IMG/VR virus record: IMGVR_UViG_3300022542_000430
DNA: 45,329 nt
Origin: a virus
Direction: 5' to 3' (one strand)
A program made the translations under genes and the position numbers. The notes beneath the pieces were generated by a model. That model was not told the DNA's origin, ran no database searches, and was given only the letters and a program-made list of their open reading frames with translations. Positions within the stretch are counted from its first letter, which is position 1. Each line of letters starts with the position of its first letter. Of the stretch, positions 17,259 through 25,431 are shown piece after piece.

Positions 17259-17846
17259 ATGGATATTGAAAATTGTGCTTATTCATTTGAAGGAGAATAT
17301 TTCGACAAGAATAAAGAGTTTTGGGAATCTGACGACCTAGACCCTATTGATTCTTTTTTTATATCATCACTAAAGGTGTTTCACTATAGCGATACTTCGG
17401 AGTCGTGGCTTCCTTTTATTGCCTCCTATGAAGATGTTATATTCCTTCCTTCGTTTAATGGCGTTAAAGTAGGTGATGTATTTTTGTCGAGTCGGGTTGA
17501 ATGGATGGAAAGAGCAGACGATAAGCCTAATAATATTATATCTGTTTTTGATATTAAGAAAGAACTAAACTACACATATCTAGTTTTTGGAAACGACGAA
17601 ATAAGCCTATCTGTTGATATTAATCACATAGAGCGATACATAAAAGATATAGGAGCAAAATACATTTGCAACGCATTTGACGACAAACACCTAATGTATG
17701 ACAAGTGTTCATTTGAAAGAAATATGGTTGAAAAATCTCATTTAAAACGGTGTTTGCGGTACTACAAAGAAGGGTTTGAGGACTTATCACAGGAGAAACT
17801 AGAAAGAGAGATAGAAGAAGGATTACACGACATGCCATCTAACTAA
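17259..17846 (+). CDS. hypothetical protein (195 aa)
   Basis: Start moved to ATG 17259 (MDIENCAY); the track GTG start at 17208 lies inside the terminator hairpin. Confidence 0.6.
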   Translation: MDIENCAYSFEGEYFDKNKEFWESDDLDPIDSFFISSLKVFHYSDTSESWLPFIASYEDVIFLPSFNGVKVGDVFLSSRVEWMERADDKPNNIISVFDIKKELNYTYLVFGNDEISLSVDINHIERYIKDIGAKYICNAFDDKHLMYDKCSFERNMVEKSHLKRCLRYYKEGFEDLSQEKLEREIEEGLHDMPSN

Positions 17847-17870
17847 CCCACCGAAAAAAACAACGAAATT

Positions 17871-18200
17871 ATGAAAGAAGAAATTATAATTGATTTCATT
17901 TATTTAAGATACAAAGCGATGTACGGATTCCCTCAAGGTTATTGTGGGCAAATCGCAGAGGAGATACAAAAAACCATTGGAGGGGAATTAGTAGCAGGGT
18001 ATTTGGCTTTCCCTTCTCACAATAGGGAGCATTGGTGGTTGGATTTAGACAATAAGATAATAGACCCGATGTCTGTTGAATTACAAAAAACCGACCCACA
18101 TAGGCATATAGAGATACATAGAGATTTGTCAAGAAGGTACTGGATTAAAGGATTTAATAAACAAAAAAAGATAAAAGCAAACGAAGGAATGCCCTTCTAA
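17871..18200 (+). CDS. small transglutaminase-like / papain-fold cysteine peptidase-like protein (109 aa)
   Basis: GYCGQIA ... REHWWLDL ... IIDP follows the Cys / His-aromatic / Asp-Pro order of the transglutaminase-like core. Confidence 0.4.
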   Translation: MKEEIIIDFIYLRYKAMYGFPQGYCGQIAEEIQKTIGGELVAGYLAFPSHNREHWWLDLDNKIIDPMSVELQKTDPHRHIEIHRDLSRRYWIKGFNKQKKIKANEGMPF

Positions 18201-18213
18201 TTTTGCGGTCTGG

Positions 18214-18415
18214 ATAATTATTCGTATATTGTGGAACGGCGAAAGCCAAATGCTATTTAGAATGTGAGAGACTCTATGTAGTAAGTTTAAAAGAAACAAA
18301 CTAAAAATATAACTTCTTTTCAATATCAAATGGTATTGAAGAGAGTAGCACGTGCTTTATGTTTCTTTTGCACACTCTCAAACTTTTACGCTACTTTCTT
18401 CAATACCATTTTTTT
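18214..18415 (+). promoter_or_regulatory. leader element B: paralog of element A upstream of the replication initiator and helicase genes
   Basis: Same 27-nt box (18214-18240). GTGAGA 18264-18269 lies upstream and TGAGAG 18265-18270 complements CTCTCA 18375-18380. AAAAATATAACTTCT sits at 18303-18317. The 19-bp stem 18330-18348/18391-18409 is followed by a T run to 18415. Confidence 0.6.
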
Positions 18416-18431
18416 GTTTAATTTTAAACTT

Positions 18432-19262
18432 ATGAGAGGATTTGTAAAGTTACACAGGCAACTTATAGAATGGGAATGGTATCATGATATGAATGTAAAG
18501 GCTACTTTCTTGCATTTACTGCTTACTGTTAATTTTAAGGATAAGCGATGGAAAGGTATATTAATCAAGCGAGGGCAAATATTAACTAGCTTGCAGCACT
18601 TAGCCGATGCTATTGGTATATCAGTGCAAAAACTACGCACAGCACTACTAAAGCTAGAGGACACTAATGAAATAACAAGGGAAGCAACAAGCCTTTTTAC
18701 TATGATAACTGTCTGTAACTTCGACAGTTACCAAGATAAAGACCTTATGCAGCAACAAGCGGATAACAAACCATCAACAAGCGAGCAACAAGCGGATAAC
18801 AAACCATCAACAAGCGAGCAACAACTACTAGAGAATGTTAAGAATGAAGAGAAGGATAATAATGAAGAGAAAAAATACCCTTACATAGAGATTTTCCAAA
18901 AAATAAAAAACGGCGAATTAATCAGAGTAACACAATTAGATAAAAACTTTCACTTTGGCTTATTCCCTGATGATTGGTCTGAAAACTTCCAAAATGAAAT
19001 ACTTAGCTTTTGGCGTTACATGGAAAGTAAGAAATCAGATCGTTGGGGCGTAATTGGAACAATATCTAGTCAATTAAGCGCAATTAAAAGTTATTTACAA
19101 GATTACACCGAAAATGAGATAATAAGCGCATTTGGCGAAACCATAAGCAAAGGAAATGTTTCTTGGAATCCTCTTTGGACTAAAAACCGAGATAAAATCT
19201 CAAAAGCAAAAAACGGACACGTTCCCACTTTTTCATATAACAGCAAAATAAGCAACGCATGA
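18432..19262 (+). CDS. putative replication initiator / replisome organiser (N-terminal winged-helix domain)
   Basis: MRGFVKLHRQLIEWEWY...FLHLLL..N....W.G....RGQ.LTS...LA...G.S....R.AL..LE is typical of phage replication-protein N-termini. It lies immediately upstream of dnaB. Start moved from 18330 to ATG 18432. Confidence 0.6.
   Translation: MRGFVKLHRQLIEWEWYHDMNVKATFLHLLLTVNFKDKRWKGILIKRGQILTSLQHLADAIGISVQKLRTALLKLEDTNEITREATSLFTMITVCNFDSYQDKDLMQQQADNKPSTSEQQADNKPSTSEQQLLENVKNEEKDNNEEKKYPYIEIFQKIKNGELIRVTQLDKNFHFGLFPDDWSENFQNEILSFWRYMESKKSDRWGVIGTISSQLSAIKSYLQDYTENEIISAFGETISKGNVSWNPLWTKNRDKISKAKNGHVPTFSYNSKISNA
18752..18825 (+). repeat. 2.2 x 33-bp tandem repeat (GCAACAAGCGGATAACAAACCATCAACAAGCGA) inside the initiator gene; candidate origin iterons
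   Basis: Read directly; encodes QQADNKPSTSE twice. Confidence 0.8.
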
Positions 19263-20707
19263 ACCAAGAACTACCAAACGAACCAGAAGTTGAAGCAAGA
19301 TTGTTATCTGCAATAATTCAAAGCCCTGCAAGTATTTACAATTGCCTTAGCTTATTGAACGCTGAATGTTTTTATACTCAAAAATATAAGAACCTATGGG
19401 AATTAATAATTGAGCTACACAATAAAAAAGAATCATTTGATTTAGTTGGGATAGCATCAGGACTAAAAGATAAAAACCAATTAGAAGCTTTTGGAGGATT
19501 CGCAGGAGTTGCAGACTTTACAAGTAAATACTTTACTCACGATGTTACAGGAGCAAGTCGCATCCTTCACTCTAAGTTCATAAGAAGGAAAGCTATTGTA
19601 TCAAATTACGAACTAATCCGATTAGCTTTTGACCCAATGACCGACATAGAGACAGAAATATCAAAAGCACAAAACAAGCTAAATGAGGACATATCTAGTC
19701 ATATTGACATTACTAGCACCGCTCAAGATGTTTCAATGGATATAGCAAGGGAAATAAGTGATAATCTAGGGAAATACAAAGAAGTTACGGGCGTTCCAAC
19801 TGGCTTTGAAAGTTATGATAAAAGAATTAGCGGATTATCAACAGAAGGAGATATAATAATAATCGCAGGTCGTCCAGCGATGGGAAAAACAACTTTTGCT
19901 TTAAATATTGCTCAAAACGCACAAAAGATATTTGGGAACAATGGCGCATTCTTTAGCCTTGAAATGAGTAAAAGGCAGCTTTGTAGAATCCTTTTAGCCC
20001 AACAAACAGGTGTTTCTGCTGATAGTTTAAAGAAAAACAAAGTAACTGACATTGAAATAGAGCATATTTTCAACAAACTAGCAGAAGATCCAAAGGCAAA
20101 GCTATTTATAGACGATGAAAGCCCACAATTAAGCTACATTGTATCTAAAATCCATAAATTAAAGCGTGACGAAGATATACAATTTGTTGTTATCGACTAT
20201 ATGCAACTAATCGCTTGTGAAGCTAAGAACAACAGGGAAAAAGAAATAGAGCATATTTCAAGAACATTAAAGAGAGTATCAAAAGCACTTGAAATAGCCA
20301 TAATTCCACTTTGTCAACTAAGTAGAGCAGTTGAGAATAGAGGGGGTTCTAAAGTGCCTCAATTATCAGACTTAAGAGACTCAGGCTCTATTGAACAAGA
20401 TGCTTCTGTAGTTACTTTTATTTATAGACCAGAGTATTACGGAATAACACAAGATGAAGAAGGAAACAGCCTTGAAGGTGTTACCGTTTTGGTAACTAAA
20501 AAGAATAGATTTGGAGAGATAGGGAATGATTATTTATATTTTGATAAAGAAATGTCAGAGTTTTTTGATTATGACCACACAACAGGAAATAAAGTATCTG
20601 CTGATATGTATGATATGAGATTAGTAACAATGCAAAATATGAGAGTAGATACTGTTAGTAATTTTGCACAAAAAATAGAAGATGAAAACAAAACAGAGAA
20701 TTGGTAA
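19259..20707 (+). CDS. dnaB: replicative DNA helicase, DnaB family
   Basis: Walker A GRPAMGKTTFALNIAQ, VVIDYMQLI, LCQLSRAVENR, LSDLRDSGSIEQDASVV. Confidence 0.92.
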   Translation: MNQELPNEPEVEARLLSAIIQSPASIYNCLSLLNAECFYTQKYKNLWELIIELHNKKESFDLVGIASGLKDKNQLEAFGGFAGVADFTSKYFTHDVTGASRILHSKFIRRKAIVSNYELIRLAFDPMTDIETEISKAQNKLNEDISSHIDITSTAQDVSMDIAREISDNLGKYKEVTGVPTGFESYDKRISGLSTEGDIIIIAGRPAMGKTTFALNIAQNAQKIFGNNGAFFSLEMSKRQLCRILLAQQTGVSADSLKKNKVTDIEIEHIFNKLAEDPKAKLFIDDESPQLSYIVSKIHKLKRDEDIQFVVIDYMQLIACEAKNNREKEIEHISRTLKRVSKALEIAIIPLCQLSRAVENRGGSKVPQLSDLRDSGSIEQDASVVTFIYRPEYYGITQDEEGNSLEGVTVLVTKKNRFGEIGNDYLYFDKEMSEFFDYDHTTGNKVSADMYDMRLVTMQNMRVDTVSNFAQKIEDENKTENW

Positions 20708-20854
20708 AGTTGCAACAGTTGGAGATATAGCAAAACTATTTCTTCAAGAACTAAAAAAAGAGCATACAACCAAAAAGGCACCGACTACGAAGCAAAAGTA
20801 ATAGCACGGTACTCTAAACTAATAATATTAAAGTCATATTTAAACTAAAAAGCA

Positions 20855-21574
20855 ATGAATACTAAAGTCATTCACGGATGTTGCATGAAAGAATTAAAAT
20901 CTATACCTCAAGGGTCGGTAGATATGATTCTTTGTGATTTACCTTATGGATGCACAAATAACAAATGGGATAGTGTTTTACCTTTATCAATGCTTTGGTG
21001 TCAATATAAGCGAATTATAAAACCTGCAGGTATAATCGTGTTGTTTGGACAAGGAGTATTTAGTGCAACTCTAATGCTATCAAATAGAGAAATGTATAGA
21101 TATAGCTTAGTTTGGGAAAAATCAACACCAACAGGGTTTTTGAATGCTAATAAAATGCCTTTGAGAAGCCATGAGGATATTCTAGTATTTTACAATAAGT
21201 TACCAACTTATCACCCTCAAAAAACAACAGGACACAAAAGGAAAGTAAGTAAATCATCACACCAAAAGGGCAAATCTACTGACAGCTACAATAAATTTCA
21301 TGCAAGTAGCTACGACAGTACAGAACGATTTCCTAAGAGCGTTTTAAGATTCTCTACTGATAAGCAAAAGAGTGCTATCCATCCAACACAAAAGCCCGTT
21401 AAACTAATTGAGTACCTAATTAGGACTTATACAAATGAGGGTGACTTTATAGTTGATAATTGCGCAGGGAGTGGGACAACAGGAGAAGCTGCAGAAAATA
21501 CGAATAGAAAATATTTACTTATTGAAAAAGAAGAAAAATATTATAATGAAATTTTAAAAAGATTAAAGAAATGA
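20855..21574 (+). CDS. orphan site-specific DNA methyltransferase (N4-C/N6-A, beta-class motif order)
   Basis: Motif IV-like ILCDLPYG near the N-terminus and AdoMet motif I VDNCAGSGTTGEAA near the C-terminus; no adjacent restriction gene. Confidence 0.85.
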   Translation: MNTKVIHGCCMKELKSIPQGSVDMILCDLPYGCTNNKWDSVLPLSMLWCQYKRIIKPAGIIVLFGQGVFSATLMLSNREMYRYSLVWEKSTPTGFLNANKMPLRSHEDILVFYNKLPTYHPQKTTGHKRKVSKSSHQKGKSTDSYNKFHASSYDSTERFPKSVLRFSTDKQKSAIHPTQKPVKLIEYLIRTYTNEGDFIVDNCAGSGTTGEAAENTNRKYLLIEKEEKYYNEILKRLKK

Positions 21575-21846
21575 AAGTAAGAACAAAAATAGAAGTAACC
21601 GCCATCTACTCCAAAGAAGAAACGGCAGAAGTCAAAGAACTCATAAACCACATGAGTAATGCAAGATTCAAACACGTAATATCATCACTTGCAACAGAAA
21701 CCGAACAAGGAAACTACCGATACGCCAAACAATTTGACCACTTTAGCCTTGATATGCTAAAAAAAGCCTGCCAAACAACTAAGCTACAAAAGAACGGCTA
21801 TACCGTATTTCTAAAAAAGAAAGCTTCCGACTTCGTGCAAAAATAA
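21571..21846 (+). CDS. hypothetical protein
   Basis: 91-aa ORF with ATGA overlap to the methyltransferase gene; see the finding on the in-frame extension after its TAA. Confidence 0.55.
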   Translation: MKVRTKIEVTAIYSKEETAEVKELINHMSNARFKHVISSLATETEQGNYRYAKQFDHFSLDMLKKACQTTKLQKNGYTVFLKKKASDFVQK

Positions 21847-22063
21847 AAGCCGTTTAAAACAGAGGAATTAGCACGAGATTTTATAAAATCTTACAGGGAA
21901 ACACCGAAAAAGGGCGAAACGCTTGTTATTATGAAAGAACTACTCAGGGATAAGTAGAGAAGCCTACGAAGAGTGCCAAAATGCGAAATTGAATTAACGA
22001 GCTTTATGTCGTGAAAAGAATACACTTGAAGCGTAAAAATTACAAATTAAATAATTATTAAAA

Positions 22064-22070
22064 CTTGACA
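22064..22070 (+). promoter_or_regulatory. start-proximal CTTGACA box
   Basis: ATAATTATTAAAACTTGACAAAATG; 2 nt before ATG 22073. Confidence 0.55.
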
Positions 22071-22072
22071 AA

Positions 22073-22345
22073 ATGAAAATAAGCGTACCATTTACAGCCC
22101 TTCAATTAGTTGGAGATAGGACTAAAATTGAAATGAATTGCATTTGCGGACAACCGATAAAGCGAGAGGATATAGAACTCTTTGTAAGGACAAAGGGAAA
22201 CAATACAAGAACTAATCTATCCTTTGAATGCTCCAACTGCACCTATGTAACCGAGAACAGCGAATGGGGCGAAATTACAGACGACAAAGAAATAATTGAA
22301 TCAATATTTGATAACGTAGACCAAAACTTAAAAAACAATGTGTGA
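22073..22345 (+). CDS. hypothetical zinc-ribbon-like protein
   Basis: CICGQP ... CSNCTY cysteine pairs. Confidence 0.5.
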   Translation: MKISVPFTALQLVGDRTKIEMNCICGQPIKREDIELFVRTKGNNTRTNLSFECSNCTYVTENSEWGEITDDKEIIESIFDNVDQNLKNNV

Positions 22346-22952
22346 ATTTGAAGAACAAATGAAAAATGCTAATTTAAGAGAAGAATACGAAAAAGTATTA
22401 GCAGAAAAGAACGCTCAAAAATTGATAATCATAAAATACGAGGAATCACAGTCCAAAATACTATTGGAGAATACCGACCTAATATTAGATAATGAGAAGC
22501 TAAGAAAAGAATTAAGTATTGAGATTCAAGAACGGGAGAACTTGAAAAATGTGAATAAAAAACAGTACGACCTTATCAAAGAGCTAAATCAAAAGATAAT
22601 AGGGAAAAATGAAGAGATAAATGCATTAATTGGGGCGGGAACGGTACATGAAGAAGGGGTTGAGTTATATAAAAAAGATGTTGAAGATTATAAAGGAGAG
22701 ATTGAATCATTAAAAGAACACAACACAATACTAAAAGATTGCGACTATAGCCAAACAAAGAAAATAAGAGAACTGCAAAAGTGGGCGAAAATCAAGAACA
22801 AGGACAATGCAAGGCTTGAAAAGCTTTATACTTTAGGGTGGGAAATAGAAGCAAAAAAGAACAAGCTACTTATTAAACTCGACAAGCAGAAACACAAAAA
22901 CCGAAAACTAAAGAAGTTCAAGAAACTTTTAAAGCAGCTAAAAATAAATTAA
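22338..22952 (+). CDS. hypothetical coiled-coil protein
   Basis: 204 aa, Lys/Glu/Leu-rich with a heptad-like pattern. Confidence 0.55.
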   Translation: MCEFEEQMKNANLREEYEKVLAEKNAQKLIIIKYEESQSKILLENTDLILDNEKLRKELSIEIQERENLKNVNKKQYDLIKELNQKIIGKNEEINALIGAGTVHEEGVELYKKDVEDYKGEIESLKEHNTILKDCDYSQTKKIRELQKWAKIKNKDNARLEKLYTLGWEIEAKKNKLLIKLDKQKHKNRKLKKFKKLLKQLKIN

Positions 22953-22971
22953 TCGGAAATACCGAATAAAC

Positions 22972-23008
22972 AAACGCCCCTAATTCGTAAGAACAAGGGG
23001 CGTTTTCT
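22972..23008. terminator. bidirectional intrinsic terminator between convergent operons
   Basis: AAACGCCCCT (22972-22981) pairs with AGGGGCGTTT (22996-23005). Confidence 0.75.
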
Positions 23009-23015
23009 TAGCACA

Positions 23016-23219
23016 TTAATCTTCTTTCCACTCTTCTATTTGTTCTTTAGAGTCAGCTACAATTCCTGAAACGTCTCTAATTGTTGACTCTTGGCCTTTC
23101 TCGTTAATCAACTCAATAATTTTTAACATAATCAAAACCCCCTCTCTTTTTGCGTCTATACCTCCTAGCCTAAGTCCTAATTGTACTTCTTTTACATAAT
23201 CTTTGGTAATTTCTTTCAT
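23016..23219 (-). CDS. hypothetical protein
   Basis: 67-aa ORF, last gene of the leftward operon. Confidence 0.5.
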   Translation of the reverse strand: MKEITKDYVKEVQLGLRLGGIDAKREGVLIMLKIIELINEKGQESTIRDVSGIVADSKEQIEEWKED

Positions 23220-23229
23220 TTTTAATAAT

Positions 23230-23514
23230 TTAATTGTTATCTAATAAAGGAATAGTCCTATACTGCCGTTCCCCTTTCTCGTTATCGTAGTACTCAACCT
23301 CAGTAATAACCTCATAGTCCAGGAACGGGTCTTCTATACCGTGCAATTTACAAAGCTCAGTACGGAATAAAGCCCCATCATCGTAATCTAATTTTGGACA
23401 TTTTTTGTCTTGACATTTTTTGTCAATTACTCCTATCCTTTCCCAATTTGAATAAGCATCGTAGGCAAAGCAGAAGACCAAAAAAACTATCCATATCCAG
23501 TTAAATATTGTCAT
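23230..23514 (-). CDS. hypothetical membrane-anchored protein
   Basis: N-terminal helix IFNWIWIVFLVFCFAY; Cys-rich ectodomain. Confidence 0.55.
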   Translation of the reverse strand: MTIFNWIWIVFLVFCFAYDAYSNWERIGVIDKKCQDKKCPKLDYDDGALFRTELCKLHGIEDPFLDYEVITEVEYYDNEKGERQYRTIPLLDNN

Positions 23515-24698
23515 GATAATTTGTTTCTAATTTCAGTTAAATGGTCAATACGTTGCCTTGTGCTTTGACCTTTGATAAGTGTATTCATTTCCCCAAAGGT
23601 TTTGAGTACAAGACTGCCATTGACAGAACACCAAACCCTATCACGTTTCCGACCTTCGCCTTTCTCAATATCTCCTTCCTTCGTGTGTGCCGTAGCAAAA
23701 CCAATAGGCGCAGATGTCTCATTATCAATAACCTTTGGGTTACTTTGACCTTCGTCTTTAGCCTTAATCTTCGTTATAGCTTCTTTCTCTTTGTCTTTTT
23801 CTCCTTCCTGTAACCTCAATATTGACTCATTGTCTTCTACTTCGTCTCTTTCGTACTTTGCACACCAAGCATAAGAGGGGATAAAGACAGCCAAAAGAAC
23901 TAAGGTAAGTAAGGATAATCCAAATCCAAAAGAATCGCACCATGCACCAAATTCGGACTTCATAATCTTGTTTTCCTCCTTAGCTAAACCTATTGCATCT
24001 TTCTTATCTGCCATCAAAACAGCAAATACCTTTTCCTTTGCCGAAATTAGGCTATCTGTTCTTTGTTCCTTTTTCCTATGGGTTTTTGCTGCTGCACTTC
24101 TTATCCTAGGTGGGCAACCTTTGCAGTCAACTTTACTATGAACAATAAAAAAAGCAGCAGCAGAACTTGAGGCTTTGAATATATCCATGTTCCGAGCAGT
24201 AGTATCTTTATTGATAATATTGTCATTTCTTAGGACAACCATATCAATATTGTGATAGTCAGGTTGTGCAGCGAAAAACTCAACAGCGTAAGGGCTATAA
24301 AAGAAAGTCGAAGCAGCATAAAAGAACCCAAGAATAACAATTAAAGCATACAAAACAGGGCTTACAGATGTTTCATCATCGTACTTTTGCTCTGAAATAG
24401 ATTTATTAACCCAATTAAAAGCAAGTTCAAGCCCAATACTTAGGCATATAGCTAAAGGGATAGATAAATAAGGGCTATCTAACTTCTCTAGTGACCAATG
24501 CACAAATCCAGTACTAGCTAATAACGCACTGCAAAACTGACAGAAAACCCAAACAGCCGTAAGGATATAGAAAACCTTTTTAAGTCGCTGTATCTTTGTT
24601 TTTGGTTGGAATTTACGTTTTTTTGCTTCGTGCTTTTTTTTGTTTACTCGTAAAGTTGTCTCTTTATTTACATCGTGGTGTGAAATGTTATCGCTCAT
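23511..24698 (-). CDS. hypothetical polytopic membrane protein (395 aa)
   Basis: Basic N-terminus, about 4 hydrophobic helices and a charged C-terminal domain; preceded by the CTTGACA box. Confidence 0.65.
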   Translation of the reverse strand: MSDNISHHDVNKETTLRVNKKKHEAKKRKFQPKTKIQRLKKVFYILTAVWVFCQFCSALLASTGFVHWSLEKLDSPYLSIPLAICLSIGLELAFNWVNKSISEQKYDDETSVSPVLYALIVILGFFYAASTFFYSPYAVEFFAAQPDYHNIDMVVLRNDNIINKDTTARNMDIFKASSSAAAFFIVHSKVDCKGCPPRIRSAAAKTHRKKEQRTDSLISAKEKVFAVLMADKKDAIGLAKEENKIMKSEFGAWCDSFGFGLSLLTLVLLAVFIPSYAWCAKYERDEVEDNESILRLQEGEKDKEKEAITKIKAKDEGQSNPKVIDNETSAPIGFATAHTKEGDIEKGEGRKRDRVWCSVNGSLVLKTFGEMNTLIKGQSTRQRIDHLTEIRNKLS

Positions 24699-24700
24699 CT

Positions 24701-24707
24701 TGTCAAG
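24701..24707 (-). promoter_or_regulatory. start-proximal CTTGACA box
   Basis: Minus strand reads AAAAACTTGACAAGATG; 2 nt before ATG 24698. Confidence 0.55.
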
Positions 24708-24724
24708 TTTTTAAATTATTAACT

Positions 24725-24874
24725 TTAATCGTCTAAGGTTTCTGTATTTAATGGTCTTTCAAAAGTTGGCAACAAAAAAGAATATATAAAAGCAAAGGGC
24801 AGTACAATAACTAAAACAATAGGAAGCAAAATACCCATAGTAATAGCTAGAATCTTATATTGCATATCTTCCAT
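24725..24874 (-). CDS. small membrane protein (49 aa), absent from the ORF track
   Basis: Hand translation MEDMQYKILAITMGILLPIVLVIVLPFAFIYSFLLPTFERPLNTETLDD; preceded by the CTTGACA box. Confidence 0.5.
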   Translation of the reverse strand: MEDMQYKILAITMGILLPIVLVIVLPFAFIYSFLLPTFERPLNTETLDD

Positions 24875-24876
24875 TT

Positions 24877-24883
24877 TGTCAAG
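24877..24883 (-). promoter_or_regulatory. start-proximal CTTGACA box
   Basis: Minus strand reads ATAATAATTAAAAACTTGACAAAATG; 2 nt before ATG 24874. Confidence 0.55.
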
Positions 24884-24914
24884 TTTTTAATTATTATGAA
24901 TAGTACTGAGTAGT

Positions 24915-25139
24915 TTATTCCGTAGGTTTAAGCGTTATTGTAACTTCATTGTTTCCATCATCTTTCCAATCGTAATGTTTTTGAAAAACAAAAGTCTTTC
25001 CATGTAAATCATGAAGCCCTCTAAGCATATGAAAGCTATCTAAAATCCCCTTTAGGTCTAATAAAAACAAATCTACATTGTCAGGATTCGTGGCGTTTAC
25101 CATATCTGTAAATGTTTCAATCTTAAATTCTTTGTTCAT
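24915..25139 (-). CDS. hypothetical protein
   Basis: 74-aa ORF preceded by the CTTGACA box. Confidence 0.55.
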   Translation of the reverse strand: MNKEFKIETFTDMVNATNPDNVDLFLLDLKGILDSFHMLRGLHDLHGKTFVFQKHYDWKDDGNNEVTITLKPTE

Positions 25140-25141
25140 TT

Positions 25142-25148
25142 TGTCAAG
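25142..25148 (-). promoter_or_regulatory. start-proximal CTTGACA box overlapping the upstream gene's TGA stop
   Basis: Minus strand reads AAAAACTTGACAAAATG; 2 nt before ATG 25139; the TGA of gene 25144..25425 lies inside the box. Confidence 0.55.
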
Positions 25149-25425
25149 TTTTTGTATTAGGTAAAAACGTTAATTGCTTCATGTACCCACGATAAAGGCA
25201 GTTGTGTAAGTAGTATACTTCTTTTCTCGTTAGTTTTAATTCTGTTTTTATTTTAATTAGTTTTTCTTCTTTTTTATGGACAGTTATTAAAATAACACTC
25301 TTGAATTTAAAGATAATTAGGTCAGTAGTATCAGCTAAAGATAATGTGATGCTAATATCCTCATAGTTTCTTAATATGTCAAGCCCTAACTCTGTAACCT
25401 CTTTTGATTTTATTCTCCAAAACAT
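25144..25425 (-). CDS. hypothetical protein, first gene of leftward operon
   Basis: Start moved to ATG 25425 (MFWRIKS); the track TTG at 25437 belongs to the CTTGACA box. Confidence 0.55.
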   Translation of the reverse strand: MFWRIKSKEVTELGLDILRNYEDISITLSLADTTDLIIFKFKSVILITVHKKEEKLIKIKTELKLTRKEVYYLHNCLYRGYMKQLTFLPNTKT

Positions 25426-25431
25426 ATTTTT

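Noticed and set aside
20682-20801. 39-aa ORF (MKTKQRIGKVATVGDIAKLF...) overlapping the dnaB stop
   Set aside because: It is short, has no box or coupling signal, and I cannot distinguish it from chance. It is left unannotated.
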